DNA of 64,000 nt. Origin: a virus. Its lineage: Duplodnaviria; Caudoviricetes. Under the pieces are notes generated by a model, which worked only from the letters and a program-made list of their open reading frames with translations, did not search any database and was not told where the DNA came from. The stretch covers positions 10,248 to 74,247 of the IMG/VR virus record IMGVR_UViG_3300020042_012680, one strand, 5' to 3'. Within the stretch, counting starts at the first letter, position 1. Every line of letters starts with the position of its first letter. Both the position numbers and the translations under genes were made by a program. Shown here one piece after another: positions 38,183 to 47,950 of this stretch.

Positions 38183-39706
38183 TTATTTAATATCAAATCC
38201 TTCGAAACCAAAAGCTTTGCTGTATTTTTCGCGTAGCGAAACTTCAGCAGTTGCTGTTGAATTTGGAATAGAATTTTTCTCAACGTTAGAATTGTCGAGA
38301 ACTTCATCTACAACTTCGGTTGCAGATTGTTCTGAAGATGCTGAAGCTACTACTTCCTCTTTAATTTCAGAAGCCTTAGCTTTTTTCATTTCTTCTTCTT
38401 TTGCTTTTTTAGCAGCTTTATTTTTTTCTTTCATAAGAACTGCCATCTTGTTTTTATAAGCAGCAAAAGTTTCATCATTTAAATCTTTAATATCTGTTGC
38501 AAGAACTTGACGATCTTCATCGTTTAGATCGTATTCTTCATCAAAAGAAGCCATTCTTAAATTAAAAGCCTCTTCTTTTGCTTTAGCAACTTTTTCTTCT
38601 TCAAGTTTAGCAAGAGAAGCTTTGACTTTTTCTAGTTCTTCTTTTACTTTTTCGCTTTCTGTAGAAAGTGCTTCGTATTTTTCTTGAGCGGCTTTAATAG
38701 CGTTATCTTTTTCATTCTTTTCTGCTACGAAAGTTTCTGAGGCTTTCTTTAGCTCTTCTTGAATAAAATCAGTTAAACTAGAAGCAGTTACCTGCTTCAA
38801 AAGTTCGTCTGTTATTTGGTTAATATTTTCTATTTTCATAATTATTCTGTTTATAACTCCTTCTTGGTTTACAGTGTTTTCTTCCTTTTGTGAAATATTA
38901 TTTTCAGCATCAATATTAGATGAATCTATAGATTCTTCTTCTTCTTGCTTAATTTCTATATTTTGGTTATCTTTTGTAGCTACGCCTTGTACGTCTGCAG
39001 CAGGATTTGCTGTTAAACCTATTCCTAGCGGAATAACGTTTCCTAATACTTGGCGATAAATAGACTTATCTTTGTCTATTTTACCACTACCACCAAAAGC
39101 TTTTAAATTTTTCTTTAATTTATCTTTTTCTTTTTCATCTGATATAATTTTAGCATCTTCTATATTTTTATTGTTATTCTCCAAAATAACTAAATCATAT
39201 TCATTAAATCCTAGTTCCCAGCTAGCACTAACATTCATGTAGTTTTCGCTAGAAGGATCGTTGCTTTCCTCTATGAGATTAGATAATTGAGGATTTATAA
39301 TTTTCCAAATTACTCCACCAAGAGTAATATAAAATGGCTCTTTCATGTCTTTTGCTTCTTCTTCAGAAAGAGATTCATTTGTGCCAAATTTACTAAAATT
39401 AGCAGTCAATATACAACCAACGACTTTTGTTCTATCGTGCTCTACATTAATTGGTTTGTTAACAAAATTTTTAAGCATTTCGGTTGCTGTTAAAGAATCT
39501 ACCACGTCTCCATTTTTGTTGACTCTATTAACAACGCAAGCATCAAAAGCAATTGGCAATAAATCTATATTTTTATCTGTATCAATATCTGGTAAAAATT
39601 TCTTTAAGCTATTAATAGAAGCTAATGATAAGTACTTATCTTTATCTTCGCTAACTATAGGCTTGATTTGAAGATTTGCGAAAGTTGTTATATATTTTAA
39701 ATTCAT
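38183..39706 (-). CDS. Prohead protease-scaffold fusion
   Basis: N-terminal protease-like domain (NKNGD, KPINVEHD, SASWELGF) then acidic linker and long KE-rich coiled coil; in-frame ATG at 38839 may start a nested scaffold. Confidence 0.75.
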   Translation of the reverse strand: MNLKYITTFANLQIKPIVSEDKDKYLSLASINSLKKFLPDIDTDKNIDLLPIAFDACVVNRVNKNGDVVDSLTATEMLKNFVNKPINVEHDRTKVVGCILTANFSKFGTNESLSEEEAKDMKEPFYITLGGVIWKIINPQLSNLIEESNDPSSENYMNVSASWELGFNEYDLVILENNNKNIEDAKIISDEKEKDKLKKNLKAFGGSGKIDKDKSIYRQVLGNVIPLGIGLTANPAADVQGVATKDNQNIEIKQEEEESIDSSNIDAENNISQKEENTVNQEGVINRIIMKIENINQITDELLKQVTASSLTDFIQEELKKASETFVAEKNEKDNAIKAAQEKYEALSTESEKVKEELEKVKASLAKLEEEKVAKAKEEAFNLRMASFDEEYDLNDEDRQVLATDIKDLNDETFAAYKNKMAVLMKEKNKAAKKAKEEEMKKAKASEIKEEVVASASSEQSATEVVDEVLDNSNVEKNSIPNSTATAEVSLREKYSKAFGFEGFDIK

Positions 39707-39710
39707 AATA

Positions 39711-40304
39711 TTAAATAATAATATCTAAACCATATATTGATATTCCATCTTCTTCATCATCAAGATAAAGCTCATCTGGAGATTCAAAATCAAAATCATT
39801 TAAGTTGTAATTTTTAATGTCCGCTTCTGATTCAATAAAATCTTCTTCGCTTGACTCAAGATTTACTTCTATTATATAATCGGTCTTTGATGCTTTTGCT
39901 ATGTCGCTATCAGCTTTGCGATAAGAATCTTTTACTTTACCTCCACTTACCATTCTGAGAAAAGTATTTACTCTTGCCATTGCCCAAGAAACTCGTGATT
40001 GTCCTGGTCTATGAGAGGAAGAAAATGCACCTGCGCCCCTTCTGAAAACTTTTTTTAATTGCCCAAGTGTGACTTTTTTCTTATTTTTACTATTATGTTC
40101 TTTGACTTTATTTTTGAGAGCTTCTATAACTTTTTTAGAAAATTCAATAGCCTTATCGCTTTTAGTTCCTGCGCTGCCTGGCTTGTTTTTGGCTGAACCC
40201 TTTCGTCTTTCGTTTGGTTTTGCTGGGGTTTGAGCAGATGATTTTGGTCCAGGTCTTGCAGCTTTGATAAATTCAAAGCCATATTGTTCTGAATTAATAC
40301 TCAT
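39711..40304 (-). CDS. Head-module protein with DUF5824-like motif
   Basis: LKKVFRRGAGAFSSSHRPGQSRVSWAMARVNTF, a motif recalled from viral proteins; GTGTAA motif upstream. Confidence 0.5.
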   Translation of the reverse strand: MSINSEQYGFEFIKAARPGPKSSAQTPAKPNERRKGSAKNKPGSAGTKSDKAIEFSKKVIEALKNKVKEHNSKNKKKVTLGQLKKVFRRGAGAFSSSHRPGQSRVSWAMARVNTFLRMVSGGKVKDSYRKADSDIAKASKTDYIIEVNLESSEEDFIESEADIKNYNLNDFDFESPDELYLDDEEDGISIYGLDIII

Positions 40305-40343
40305 ATATTTATATATATTACACGCTAATTTAATTAATTTAAA

Positions 40344-40490
40344 TTATTTATTATACAATTCTCTACTGGCGTCATCTGCAGAACCCATAGTTGGAGTTTC
40401 TGGATATTTAGTTGGTAATTCTCTACTATCAAAATTGGGTTCTGAACAACCTATTAATAATAATGGTAATATTAATATTAGTTTCCTCAT
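40344..40490 (-). CDS. Small proline-rich lipoprotein (o-spanin-like), missed by the ORF track
   Basis: MRKLILILPLLLIG-CSEPNFDSRELPTKYPETPTMGSADDASRELYNK*; lipobox LIGC; GTGTAA 8 nt upstream; follows the endolysin. Confidence 0.65.
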   Translation of the reverse strand: MRKLILILPLLLIGCSEPNFDSRELPTKYPETPTMGSADDASRELYNK

Positions 40491-40498
40491 AACAACTA

Positions 40499-41125
40499 TT
40501 ACACTTTTAAAGATTCTTCAATTAATTTAGCTTCAGCATCTCTTCTTCTGCTCATTCCTTTTTCGATACTTCCACCAATCCATATTCTTTTCATATTTCT
40601 TATTTGGTTTGCAATAAATGTAAGAGCTTTTTGATCATAAACTGATACTAATTTCATGCCATCTCTTATTAATTTCATTTCGCGGCGACGATCACCTTCT
40701 AAGGCTGCTCCTCTATTAAAAACTAAACTAACTAATCCACCTTTTGCATCTTCTGGAAGATTATCAAAATTAGGAAAAGTTTGTTTAGTTAAATTATAAA
40801 ATTTAGTTACTGTTTTATTGTTAAATACTTTTAATGCAAGATCCCAAGGAATATTAATATTTTTTAATCCTATAATAAGATTCTTTGCATTATACCCTTT
40901 AATACCAACTACTTTATATAATCTATCGAATATTTCTTTTGGTAAATCTTTCCAGTCTTCACTAAATTCAGCTTTATTAACGTAACCCAAATCGTAACCT
41001 ATGCCAATTGTAACTCCGCTTTGCTCTCCTGGCCAAGTTGGATTTTTTAAAAATTTATTATAATAGTTTTCACCACCGCCAACTTCAAATTCGAGAATAA
41101 GATCTAAGGATTTTTTGCTTAACAT
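40499..41125 (-). CDS. Endolysin, lysozyme-fold (pesticin-C/T4-lysozyme-like)
   Basis: LILEFEVGGG...PGEQSGVTIGIGYDLG, GLVSLVFNRG, RRRDAEAKL. Confidence 0.82.
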   Translation of the reverse strand: MLSKKSLDLILEFEVGGGENYYNKFLKNPTWPGEQSGVTIGIGYDLGYVNKAEFSEDWKDLPKEIFDRLYKVVGIKGYNAKNLIIGLKNINIPWDLALKVFNNKTVTKFYNLTKQTFPNFDNLPEDAKGGLVSLVFNRGAALEGDRRREMKLIRDGMKLVSVYDQKALTFIANQIRNMKRIWIGGSIEKGMSRRRDAEAKLIEESLKV

Positions 41126-41128
41126 AAT

Positions 41129-41977
41129 TTATTTATTATAAAAATATTCTTTTATTTTCTTTAAAACTAAATTTGGTTCATAAACTGATTCGAAGCCTTC
41201 GAATTTAGCAAAGAAATTTATTTCTAATACATATATTTTTTTAGTATCATTATCCACAATAAAATCTATAGCGCAGTAATCTAAGTCTAATAAATTGCAT
41301 ATTTTTTCTGCAATTTGTTCTATTTCTACAAAATCAACTTTATGAAAAAGTGCTCCTGAATAAAAATTAACAATTTCATTGTTTTGATTTTCCTTAAAAA
41401 CTACACCTAATGATTTTTTGTTTACCAACATTACTCTATAATCTTTTTTATTTGATATAAATTTTTCTAAAAAAGTATTATGTTTGTTCATGATATTTTT
41501 AAATTTTGATTCGTTTTTATCCTTTGGAAGGCATATTCCTTTACCAAATGAACCTGCTGTCATTTTAAAAATAAAATTATCTTTATTTTCTATTAAAAAG
41601 TCATTTGAAATACCTAAAAATGGAATATTATTTTTTTTAAAGAAAAGGTGTTGATTGACTTTGTCGTTAATTAAAGTATAATTTTTTGAGTTTAAAAAAT
41701 TTCTATTAAGTAAATTAATATTATTATTGTTAATTTTTTCTAAAAAAAGATTAAAATTATACGGTTTTGAATAAACGACTATATTTTTAAAATTTTCAAT
41801 GTCTATATATTCATTATTTAAACAAATACCTAATTTGAATTTATCATCATTTATAGAGTAGTTGTATTCATCCTGGTCAGCAATGACAAAATCATTATCT
41901 TGAGTCAATTGCTCTAATATATAATTATTAGTATAAACTAATGGATTAATTATAAATAATATTTTATCTTTACTCAA
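41129..41977 (-). CDS. RimK-like ATP-grasp ligase
   Basis: NDKVNQH, FKMTAGSFGKGI, FLEKFI, DYRV, LDYCAIDF, VLEINFFAKFEG. Confidence 0.75.
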   Translation of the reverse strand: MSKDKILFIINPLVYTNNYILEQLTQDNDFVIADQDEYNYSINDDKFKLGICLNNEYIDIENFKNIVVYSKPYNFNLFLEKINNNNINLLNRNFLNSKNYTLINDKVNQHLFFKKNNIPFLGISNDFLIENKDNFIFKMTAGSFGKGICLPKDKNESKFKNIMNKHNTFLEKFISNKKDYRVMLVNKKSLGVVFKENQNNEIVNFYSGALFHKVDFVEIEQIAEKICNLLDLDYCAIDFIVDNDTKKIYVLEINFFAKFEGFESVYEPNLVLKKIKEYFYNK

Positions 41978-41979
41978 AA

Positions 41980-42186
41980 TTAATCCTCAGAACCTTCGGT
42001 TGGATCAATTCCCTCTTTTTCTATCCAATCGTCTAAGATCTTTTGAACAGCCTGTGGAGTCATTTGTTTTAATATATTAGGTACCTCATCATGATTTTCT
42101 GATAAAGCATGCTCTTCAATTATACAGTCCTCTATGAGATCTTTTTCTTCTTGCGTTAATTTATCAAAATAATCTAAACCGTTCAT
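41980..42186 (-). CDS. Small acidic protein
   Basis: 68 aa, D/E-rich, ends GIDPTEGSED; 2 nt upstream of the ATP-grasp gene. Confidence 0.6.
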   Translation of the reverse strand: MNGLDYFDKLTQEEKDLIEDCIIEEHALSENHDEVPNILKQMTPQAVQKILDDWIEKEGIDPTEGSED

Positions 42187-42208
42187 TTATCTATTTTTTT
42201 CTATTATA

Positions 42209-42286
42209 TTACACGTTATTATAATAGTTTTCACCGCCACAAACTTCAAATTCTAATATAAGGTCAAGAGATTTTTTGGTTAACAT
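42209..42286 (-). pseudogene. Truncated duplicate of the endolysin 5' end
   Basis: Translates MLTKKSLDLILEFEVCGGENYYNNV* versus endolysin MLSKKSLDLILEFEVGGGENYYNKF (21 of the first 23 aa identical). Confidence 0.85.
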
Positions 42287-42291
42287 AATTT

Positions 42292-42828
42292 TTAATTAGA
42301 AGTAAAGTATTCAATATCTGCTAAAGCTTTTTCGCTTTTATTTAATATTTTTAAATTTAAAACTACTTTTGGGTCTTGATATTTAAAAATTATTGATCCT
42401 ATTTCTTTTTCTATAACTAGATCATCTAAAAATCCTGCGCCTTGATATAATTTATTAGGATGTTTTTTCATAGCTTCTGAATAAGTTGTCCAAACGTCTA
42501 TTTTAATATCATTTAAGAGCCAATGAGATCTTCTTAATCTATCTGTCCAAGGGGTTCGATCTTGAGGTATATTGTTTTGATTAAAAGATTCTATATAAGA
42601 TTCATTATCCTCGCGCTGTATTAATAGATCAATATCTTTAGGGATTCTATTCATCTTTTGATAATGTAAAATTAAAGCTGTGCTACCAACAATAGCATAT
42701 TTTACCTTAGAAGAATCTAATATAGAAGAAATTTGAACTATAGTATTAAAATAATTTTCTATATTTGTTATGTCTTCTGTTGAGATATTTTCTATTTTAA
42801 AATTTTGAATAAATGAATTAGAGTTCAT
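42292..42828 (-). CDS. Pol-beta-superfamily nucleotidyltransferase
   Basis: YAIVGSTAL...PKDIDLLI (hG[GS]x9-13DhD) plus IKIDVW third acidic residue. Confidence 0.7.
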   Translation of the reverse strand: MNSNSFIQNFKIENISTEDITNIENYFNTIVQISSILDSSKVKYAIVGSTALILHYQKMNRIPKDIDLLIQREDNESYIESFNQNNIPQDRTPWTDRLRRSHWLLNDIKIDVWTTYSEAMKKHPNKLYQGAGFLDDLVIEKEIGSIIFKYQDPKVVLNLKILNKSEKALADIEYFTSN

Positions 42829-43964
42829 TATAATAATTTATCATAATATTTTCTTTGTAAATATCTATTTATCAAACCGTCCTCTTCAGTACTTAAAGAT
42901 TTATCATAGACAAGAACTTCACTTAAGTATAAGTCGCTAGGTATTACCCCCGCAGCGGGGGGATATGGTAGTCCTCCGCCAAAATTATTATGACCAAGAA
43001 ATAAATTACCCACGCTCTGCTGGAAAGATGCTGTTACACTCTTAAAAGCGGCGCTCCCAGGAAATTCATTATAATAACTGCAAGTCACATCTCTAATTGG
43101 TGATGCTGAATTAGTTTGATAATTACTTGATATTTTTAATATACTTGGGCGATAGCCTGCAAACATACTTTTAGATACTGAGAAGATTGCAAAGGGTGAA
43201 CCAAAAATATATAATGTAAAATTATGAAGCCCGGCGACAGGAGTAGTAGAAGTAGATTGTAAATATAAAATTTGACTGGGACCATTAGTTATTCCAAGTA
43301 TATTACGCGTGGCATTACCTAAATATTGATCTACAAGAACTATATAAATTGTAAAAGGAAGAAAAGCATTAATAGTATTAGTTGTTTGAAATGGAGTTTT
43401 TAAGAGTTTAGCTTCTAAGCCTTTTATTGTTGAAGATATTATTCCTTGGTTAGAGGGATCTTTTCTTGTGGTAAGATGATTATTTTTTCCACTAACATCA
43501 GACCATACATATCCCGAGTATGCTCCTTCCGTTTCGGAGAGGTAGTCGTAATCATTAATTTCAAAATTATTTAAGTCGTTATATGTGGTCCATGGACCAA
43601 ACAAGCTTTGAGCGTATCCATAATCATTATCATTTACATCATATAAAATCCACAAACCGTTGTACACACTATAAGATATATAAAAACCAAACTCATCTCC
43701 TAAATATGATGAATTATTGTCAAGATAAAAAGTTGTATCTATATCTCCACCATCGTAATTCGCTATGAAATTCAACCGAAACAGTATATAATATTCTGCA
43801 TCTGATGTCAAACTACCTTGTTTTGTCCATAATTGAATATTAGAAATATTTTTAGGATTATCAAATTCAAATAAGCTTAATTTTCCACCACCACCAAGGT
43901 TTTGTTTATTAATAGAAATCTTGTTATCTTTACTTAAATTAGAATTAGCTTGTAAACGACCCAT
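42828..43964 (-). CDS. Probable lectin/LamG-like surface or virion protein
   Basis: WSDVSGKNNHL ... SEVLVYDKSLS.EE...INRYLQRKY ConA/LamG-like pattern. Confidence 0.5.
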   Translation of the reverse strand: MGRLQANSNLSKDNKISINKQNLGGGGKLSLFEFDNPKNISNIQLWTKQGSLTSDAEYYILFRLNFIANYDGGDIDTTFYLDNNSSYLGDEFGFYISYSVYNGLWILYDVNDNDYGYAQSLFGPWTTYNDLNNFEINDYDYLSETEGAYSGYVWSDVSGKNNHLTTRKDPSNQGIISSTIKGLEAKLLKTPFQTTNTINAFLPFTIYIVLVDQYLGNATRNILGITNGPSQILYLQSTSTTPVAGLHNFTLYIFGSPFAIFSVSKSMFAGYRPSILKISSNYQTNSASPIRDVTCSYYNEFPGSAAFKSVTASFQQSVGNLFLGHNNFGGGLPYPPAAGVIPSDLYLSEVLVYDKSLSTEEDGLINRYLQRKYYDKLL

Positions 43965-43969
43965 TTTAT

Positions 43970-44386
43970 TTAATTATTTATTTTATCTATGGTCTTGTCT
44001 AGTATATTATCTTGAGCTACTTTTTCTTTTAGCCAAGAGTTAAGAACTCCAAAATAAACAAGATGCTCACTATCAATTAAAAACAATTCATTGCCAAAAG
44101 TATCCTTATAAGGTTTAATTCCAGAATCTTCAACTAGATCAATTGCTTTTTCTTTTTTAAATTTGATTCTATACATTTTAATTAAATTATTATATCGTTC
44201 ACGCGCCTGACGAGTAATAAGAGCATCATCACCAACAAAAGAAATCAATCCACCATTATCTTTATCATATTGTTTTGGTGTTGTGGCGTCATAAGAAGAT
44301 TTATCATCTTGTATTTTATTGGGAGTCACAGTAGCACAACCAATAAAAAGAAAATTAAGAGCTAATATGCTTACGAGCTTCTTCAA
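43970..44386 (-). CDS. Lipoprotein (o-spanin candidate)
   Basis: MKKLVSILALNFLFIG-C lipobox; overlaps the upstream membrane-protein gene. Confidence 0.6.
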   Translation of the reverse strand: MKKLVSILALNFLFIGCATVTPNKIQDDKSSYDATTPKQYDKDNGGLISFVGDDALITRQARERYNNLIKMYRIKFKKEKAIDLVEDSGIKPYKDTFGNELFLIDSEHLVYFGVLNSWLKEKVAQDNILDKTIDKINN

Positions 44387-44555
44387 GATATTTTTCCTTT
44401 ACTGCTTTCTCAATTTCACTTTGATGGTCAACTTCTTTTTGAGCTTGTTGACGATCTTTCATTTCTTTTGTATTCTTGGCGCCGAATACGTTGTTAATTG
44501 CTGCGAATATTCCAGATACTGCTGAAAGTATAGCTGTTAATATTCCAGTTGGCAT
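44355..44555 (-). CDS. Small N-anchored coiled-coil membrane protein (i-spanin candidate)
   Basis: MPTGILTAILSAVSGIFAAI hydrophobic helix then KE-rich helix; start moved to ATG 44555. Confidence 0.45.
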   Translation of the reverse strand: MPTGILTAILSAVSGIFAAINNVFGAKNTKEMKDRQQAQKEVDHQSEIEKAVKEKYLEEARKHISS

Positions 44556-44557
44556 GA

Positions 44558-45007
44558 TTACTCTACGTAACTTGCTGTTGCATCTTTGCATCCAGATGCA
44601 ATAGCGTTAAGTACCTTGATGGCGAGTGCGGTATTACCATCTAGTCTTGCAAATTGTTGAGCATAAAGATCTTTGATTACAGTAACATAATTTGCCCAAT
44701 GAGTTTTTTCTGCTGGAAGATAATCATTAAGAGCTTTTTGAAGTTGCTCTGGAGTTGGAGTATTTCCAGCTGTTAATCCTTCTACAATAGCAGCAACATG
44801 ATTAATCATTTTAGCTTTTTCAATTCTATCATTACCAGAAACTGCTTGATCAAGAACTACTGTGCAAGCTAATACTACTGCTGGCTTAACATAAGGAAGA
44901 GTATTTTCAACACTTGTTGCAACATCAACTTTTCCAGTATTGGTTGTAGCGCAAGCTCCAAGAAATACGCTCAAGAGAGCAACTGCAATTAGATTTAATT
45001 TATTCAT
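44558..45007 (-). CDS. Lipoprotein
   Basis: MNKLNLIAVALLSVFLGA-C lipobox; helical body. Confidence 0.65.
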   Translation of the reverse strand: MNKLNLIAVALLSVFLGACATTNTGKVDVATSVENTLPYVKPAVVLACTVVLDQAVSGNDRIEKAKMINHVAAIVEGLTAGNTPTPEQLQKALNDYLPAEKTHWANYVTVIKDLYAQQFARLDGNTALAIKVLNAIASGCKDATASYVE

Positions 45008-45285
45008 ATGTTTTCTCCAGTTCTTTTTTCTGCTTCATTTGTTTGAGCTACTGTTCCACCAGTAACTGCTGCATCTTTTACTGTTAATGCAAAAATAATA
45101 CCAGATACAACTGCAACTAATTTTGAAATTCCTGTGATATAAACTTCTGCTTTGTCTGGAAGAAATGCAACCAATGAGGGATCAGAATGAATTGCTATTG
45201 CCGTACAAACTGCTACAACTGTTATAACGCCAGATGAGCTAGATCTCCAATTTGGACCAAATATTTTAGATAGCATAGTTTTCAT
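45004..45285 (-). CDS. Holin-like protein (two TM helices)
   Basis: 93 aa, two hydrophobic segments, NWRSS motif, first gene of the lysis cluster. Confidence 0.55.
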   Translation of the reverse strand: MKTMLSKIFGPNWRSSSSGVITVVAVCTAIAIHSDPSLVAFLPDKAEVYITGISKLVAVVSGIIFALTVKDAAVTGGTVAQTNEAEKRTGENI

Positions 45286-45291
45286 AAGATA

Positions 45292-45329
45292 TTACACATT
45301 ATTATAAAAGAAAAAATATGTAATATCTA
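45292..45329 (-). promoter_or_regulatory. Tandem promoters: TAGATA-N17-TATAAT followed by GTGTAAT
   Basis: TAGATA 45329-45324, TATAAT 45306-45301, GTGTAA 45297-45292, ATG 45285. Confidence 0.55.
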
Positions 45330-45332
45330 ATA

Positions 45333-47927
45333 TTAATTATTGCTAATATTAGACTCTAGATTCCATACCTTACTTTTTAAGTTATTAACTTCTAAAGATA
45401 ATTCTTTGACTGCTGATGTTAATATAGTTATTAAACTAGTTTCTGCAATTTGAAGAAATTTTTCTTCTTCAGCTAAAAGTTCTCCACTAAAACCGTATAC
45501 AGGAGGCCGCGTACAATGTTGAATTACATTTTCAGACCAAGGTTTACCTGAAATTAGCTGCTGTACTTCTTGCGCTATAAATCCAACTTGTACTCCTTTA
45601 TCAAAATTATAAGCCTCTCTTAAAATCTCGATTTTATTTTTAGTTGGATTATATGCGGTTACTATTCCTTGGTTTTCTTTCCAAGTAAAGGTTTTCGGGC
45701 TCAAATTATTTATTATATTTAAACCCCCGCTTAATGGATGAATATTTTCTTTGTATTTAATATCCGAGGTGGTAACTAAAGCGGTCAGTGATGAAATTCG
45801 ACCATTTACCTGAAGCATAAGGTTCGCGGGACTACTTAATGGTGCTGTTTGTCCAATTAAGACTGATCCTGTATTCCAAATTCTCATCCTTCTATTTTCA
45901 GTGGAATCACCATTAGCCGTCCAAAAATCAATAATATTTGCTCCTGGGGAACTAGAATAAGCTGAACCTCCTACCTCTGCTATTCGTAATGTACCGTTGT
46001 CATATCCGCCAAAAGCTGTAAATGGCTGATTAGCATTATTGAACCTAGCGCAACCAATTGTCATTACTTTCGTTGTGTTATCACCAGTAGTATTACTCGA
46101 TACAATGCCTTTATATGCTGCGCTTGAGTCAATAACCCTTAATGCTCCTGCGGTTATAGATGCACTTGTACTTGTAAATGAACCAATAGAAACATGTTTA
46201 TTTCCATTTATTTCCATAATCGAGCTACTTGCCCCGTTATCAGTTTCGTTATAAGGTCCTGCGTGAATCTTTACTACTGTAGCGTCTGGTGAACCCCACC
46301 CTCCTCCTCCAATAGTTACTTCTCTTATGCTACCATCATCATATACTCCAAGACCGTTAAATGGCGTATTTGAATTCGTCTTTCTTGCTCCTTTTAATAC
46401 TCCGCCTTTATTCGTTGCATCACTGCTAGTGCTAGTAAGTACGATGTTATCATTTCCTTCATCAGTTACGATTAATCTACCATGGGGGACTCCATTACTT
46501 ACAACGCTAGCTAAAGTGGTTGACCCAATTGATGTGCGACCTGTGATGTAAATTTCTCCTCCTGCACTCGCTCTTAATCTTGAGGTACTGTTGGTCATGA
46601 AATTTACGTCATGATTTGTGCTCGTTCCAAAGAATGATGATCCCGTATCTGATTGAATCACTGAGTTCATAGAGTTCGCGGTATTTTGCACTAAAGCTCT
46701 AGCAACGCCGCTATTGTTAACAAAAAGATTCGCAGTATTTGTTACTGCAGGGTTTCCTATTGAAATCCTTCCTGTCAAAGAGACAAGACCATCATTGCTA
46801 AATATTGCCATAGGAGATGGTGCAGAGTTAGAATTTTCGTTATAAGGTCCTGCGTAAATATTTACTAATGTAGCATCTGGTGAACCCCACCCTCCTCCTC
46901 CAATACTTACTTCTCTCACGCTACCATTATCAAATACTCCAAGACCGTTAAATGGCGTATTTGAATTCGTCTTTCTTGCTCCTTTTAATACTCCGCCTTT
47001 ATTCGTTGCATCACTGCTAGTGCTAGTAAGTACGATGTTATCATTTCCTGCGTCAGTTACGATTAATCTACCATGATTACTTGCAACGCCAGATAAAGTG
47101 CTTGACCCAATTGATGTGCGACCTGTGATGTAAATTTCTCCTGCTTTTGTTATATTTAAACGAGTAAATGCATTTGTACCGAGTAATAAATCGTTTCCAG
47201 ATATATTCCCTATAAAAGAAGATTCATCTCCAGCAGAAATAATAAATTGATTACCTTTACAATTTGTAATCTGTAAATTGGTTGTACCTGAGTTATTTAA
47301 ATACAAAAGTGTCCCACTATAAAAACTATTTGAGTAACATTGTCCAGTTCCAATAATTAATCCGCCTTGAATATTGTTTACTCCTTCACTAAATCCATTT
47401 CCTGCTGGGCCAGTAGCTCCTGTGGCTCCCTCTGACCCAACCAATCCAGTCGCTCCTGTTGAACCTCTTGATCCAGCAACTCCAGTTGCCCCTTCTGGTC
47501 CAGTCGCTCCCGTAGGGCCAATAGGTCCTGTTGACCCAATATAATTAGGTCCAACAGATGGACCTGTAGCACCCTGCGGTCCAGTGGGACCTATTATCCC
47601 ACTTGCTCCTTGTGGTCCAGTAGATCCAATTGGTCCTGTTGCTCCTGTGGCTCCTAAACCTGTAGATCCTTGTGGTCCAGTAGGTCCAGTTGGTCCTGTT
47701 GCGCCATTTGATGCAGTAGAATCAATAATTATATCTCCTGCTCCATAACCATTAACATCAAGACCATTAGAAGCTGTAACTGTTATATTTGTTCCACCTT
47801 TAATTTTAGAAACAATTTTAGTTAAGTTTTTTAAATTTCCATTTTGAACACTTAATACTGTGTCGTTGCTATTTAAATCTATACTAGATACATTTACGAA
47901 ATCTTTAACATTTTTTTTAATAGACAT
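45333..47927 (-). CDS. Long tail fibre with collagen segment and C-terminal intramolecular chaperone (peptidase S74-like)
   Basis: G-x-T/G-P-x collagen; [11 protein letters not shown]...GFIAQEV...[12 protein letters not shown] chaperone signature. Confidence 0.85.
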   Translation of the reverse strand: MSIKKNVKDFVNVSSIDLNSNDTVLSVQNGNLKNLTKIVSKIKGGTNITVTASNGLDVNGYGAGDIIIDSTASNGATGPTGPTGPQGSTGLGATGATGPIGSTGPQGASGIIGPTGPQGATGPSVGPNYIGSTGPIGPTGATGPEGATGVAGSRGSTGATGLVGSEGATGATGPAGNGFSEGVNNIQGGLIIGTGQCYSNSFYSGTLLYLNNSGTTNLQITNCKGNQFIISAGDESSFIGNISGNDLLLGTNAFTRLNITKAGEIYITGRTSIGSSTLSGVASNHGRLIVTDAGNDNIVLTSTSSDATNKGGVLKGARKTNSNTPFNGLGVFDNGSVREVSIGGGGWGSPDATLVNIYAGPYNENSNSAPSPMAIFSNDGLVSLTGRISIGNPAVTNTANLFVNNSGVARALVQNTANSMNSVIQSDTGSSFFGTSTNHDVNFMTNSTSRLRASAGGEIYITGRTSIGSTTLASVVSNGVPHGRLIVTDEGNDNIVLTSTSSDATNKGGVLKGARKTNSNTPFNGLGVYDDGSIREVTIGGGGWGSPDATVVKIHAGPYNETDNGASSSIMEINGNKHVSIGSFTSTSASITAGALRVIDSSAAYKGIVSSNTTGDNTTKVMTIGCARFNNANQPFTAFGGYDNGTLRIAEVGGSAYSSSPGANIIDFWTANGDSTENRRMRIWNTGSVLIGQTAPLSSPANLMLQVNGRISSLTALVTTSDIKYKENIHPLSGGLNIINNLSPKTFTWKENQGIVTAYNPTKNKIEILREAYNFDKGVQVGFIAQEVQQLISGKPWSENVIQHCTRPPVYGFSGELLAEEEKFLQIAETSLITILTSAVKELSLEVNNLKSKVWNLESNISNN
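46244..47141 (-). repeat. Recent ~300-nt intragenic duplication (copies ~46244-46559 and ~46835-47141)
   Basis: Near-identical DNA encoding [13 protein letters not shown]...[46 protein letters not shown]...[11 protein letters not shown]...AGPYNE. Confidence 0.92.
47400..47705 (-). repeat. Collagen-like Gly-X-Y repeat, Thr-rich
   Basis: [16 protein letters not shown]...[10 protein letters not shown] in the fibre translation. Confidence 0.9.
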
Positions 47928-47950
47928 ATGTTTTTAATATTTACACTATT

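Noticed and set aside
46244-47141. DGR template/variable repeat pair
   Set aside because: Both copies are in frame in one gene, differences are not adenine-specific, and no reverse transcriptase is in the window.
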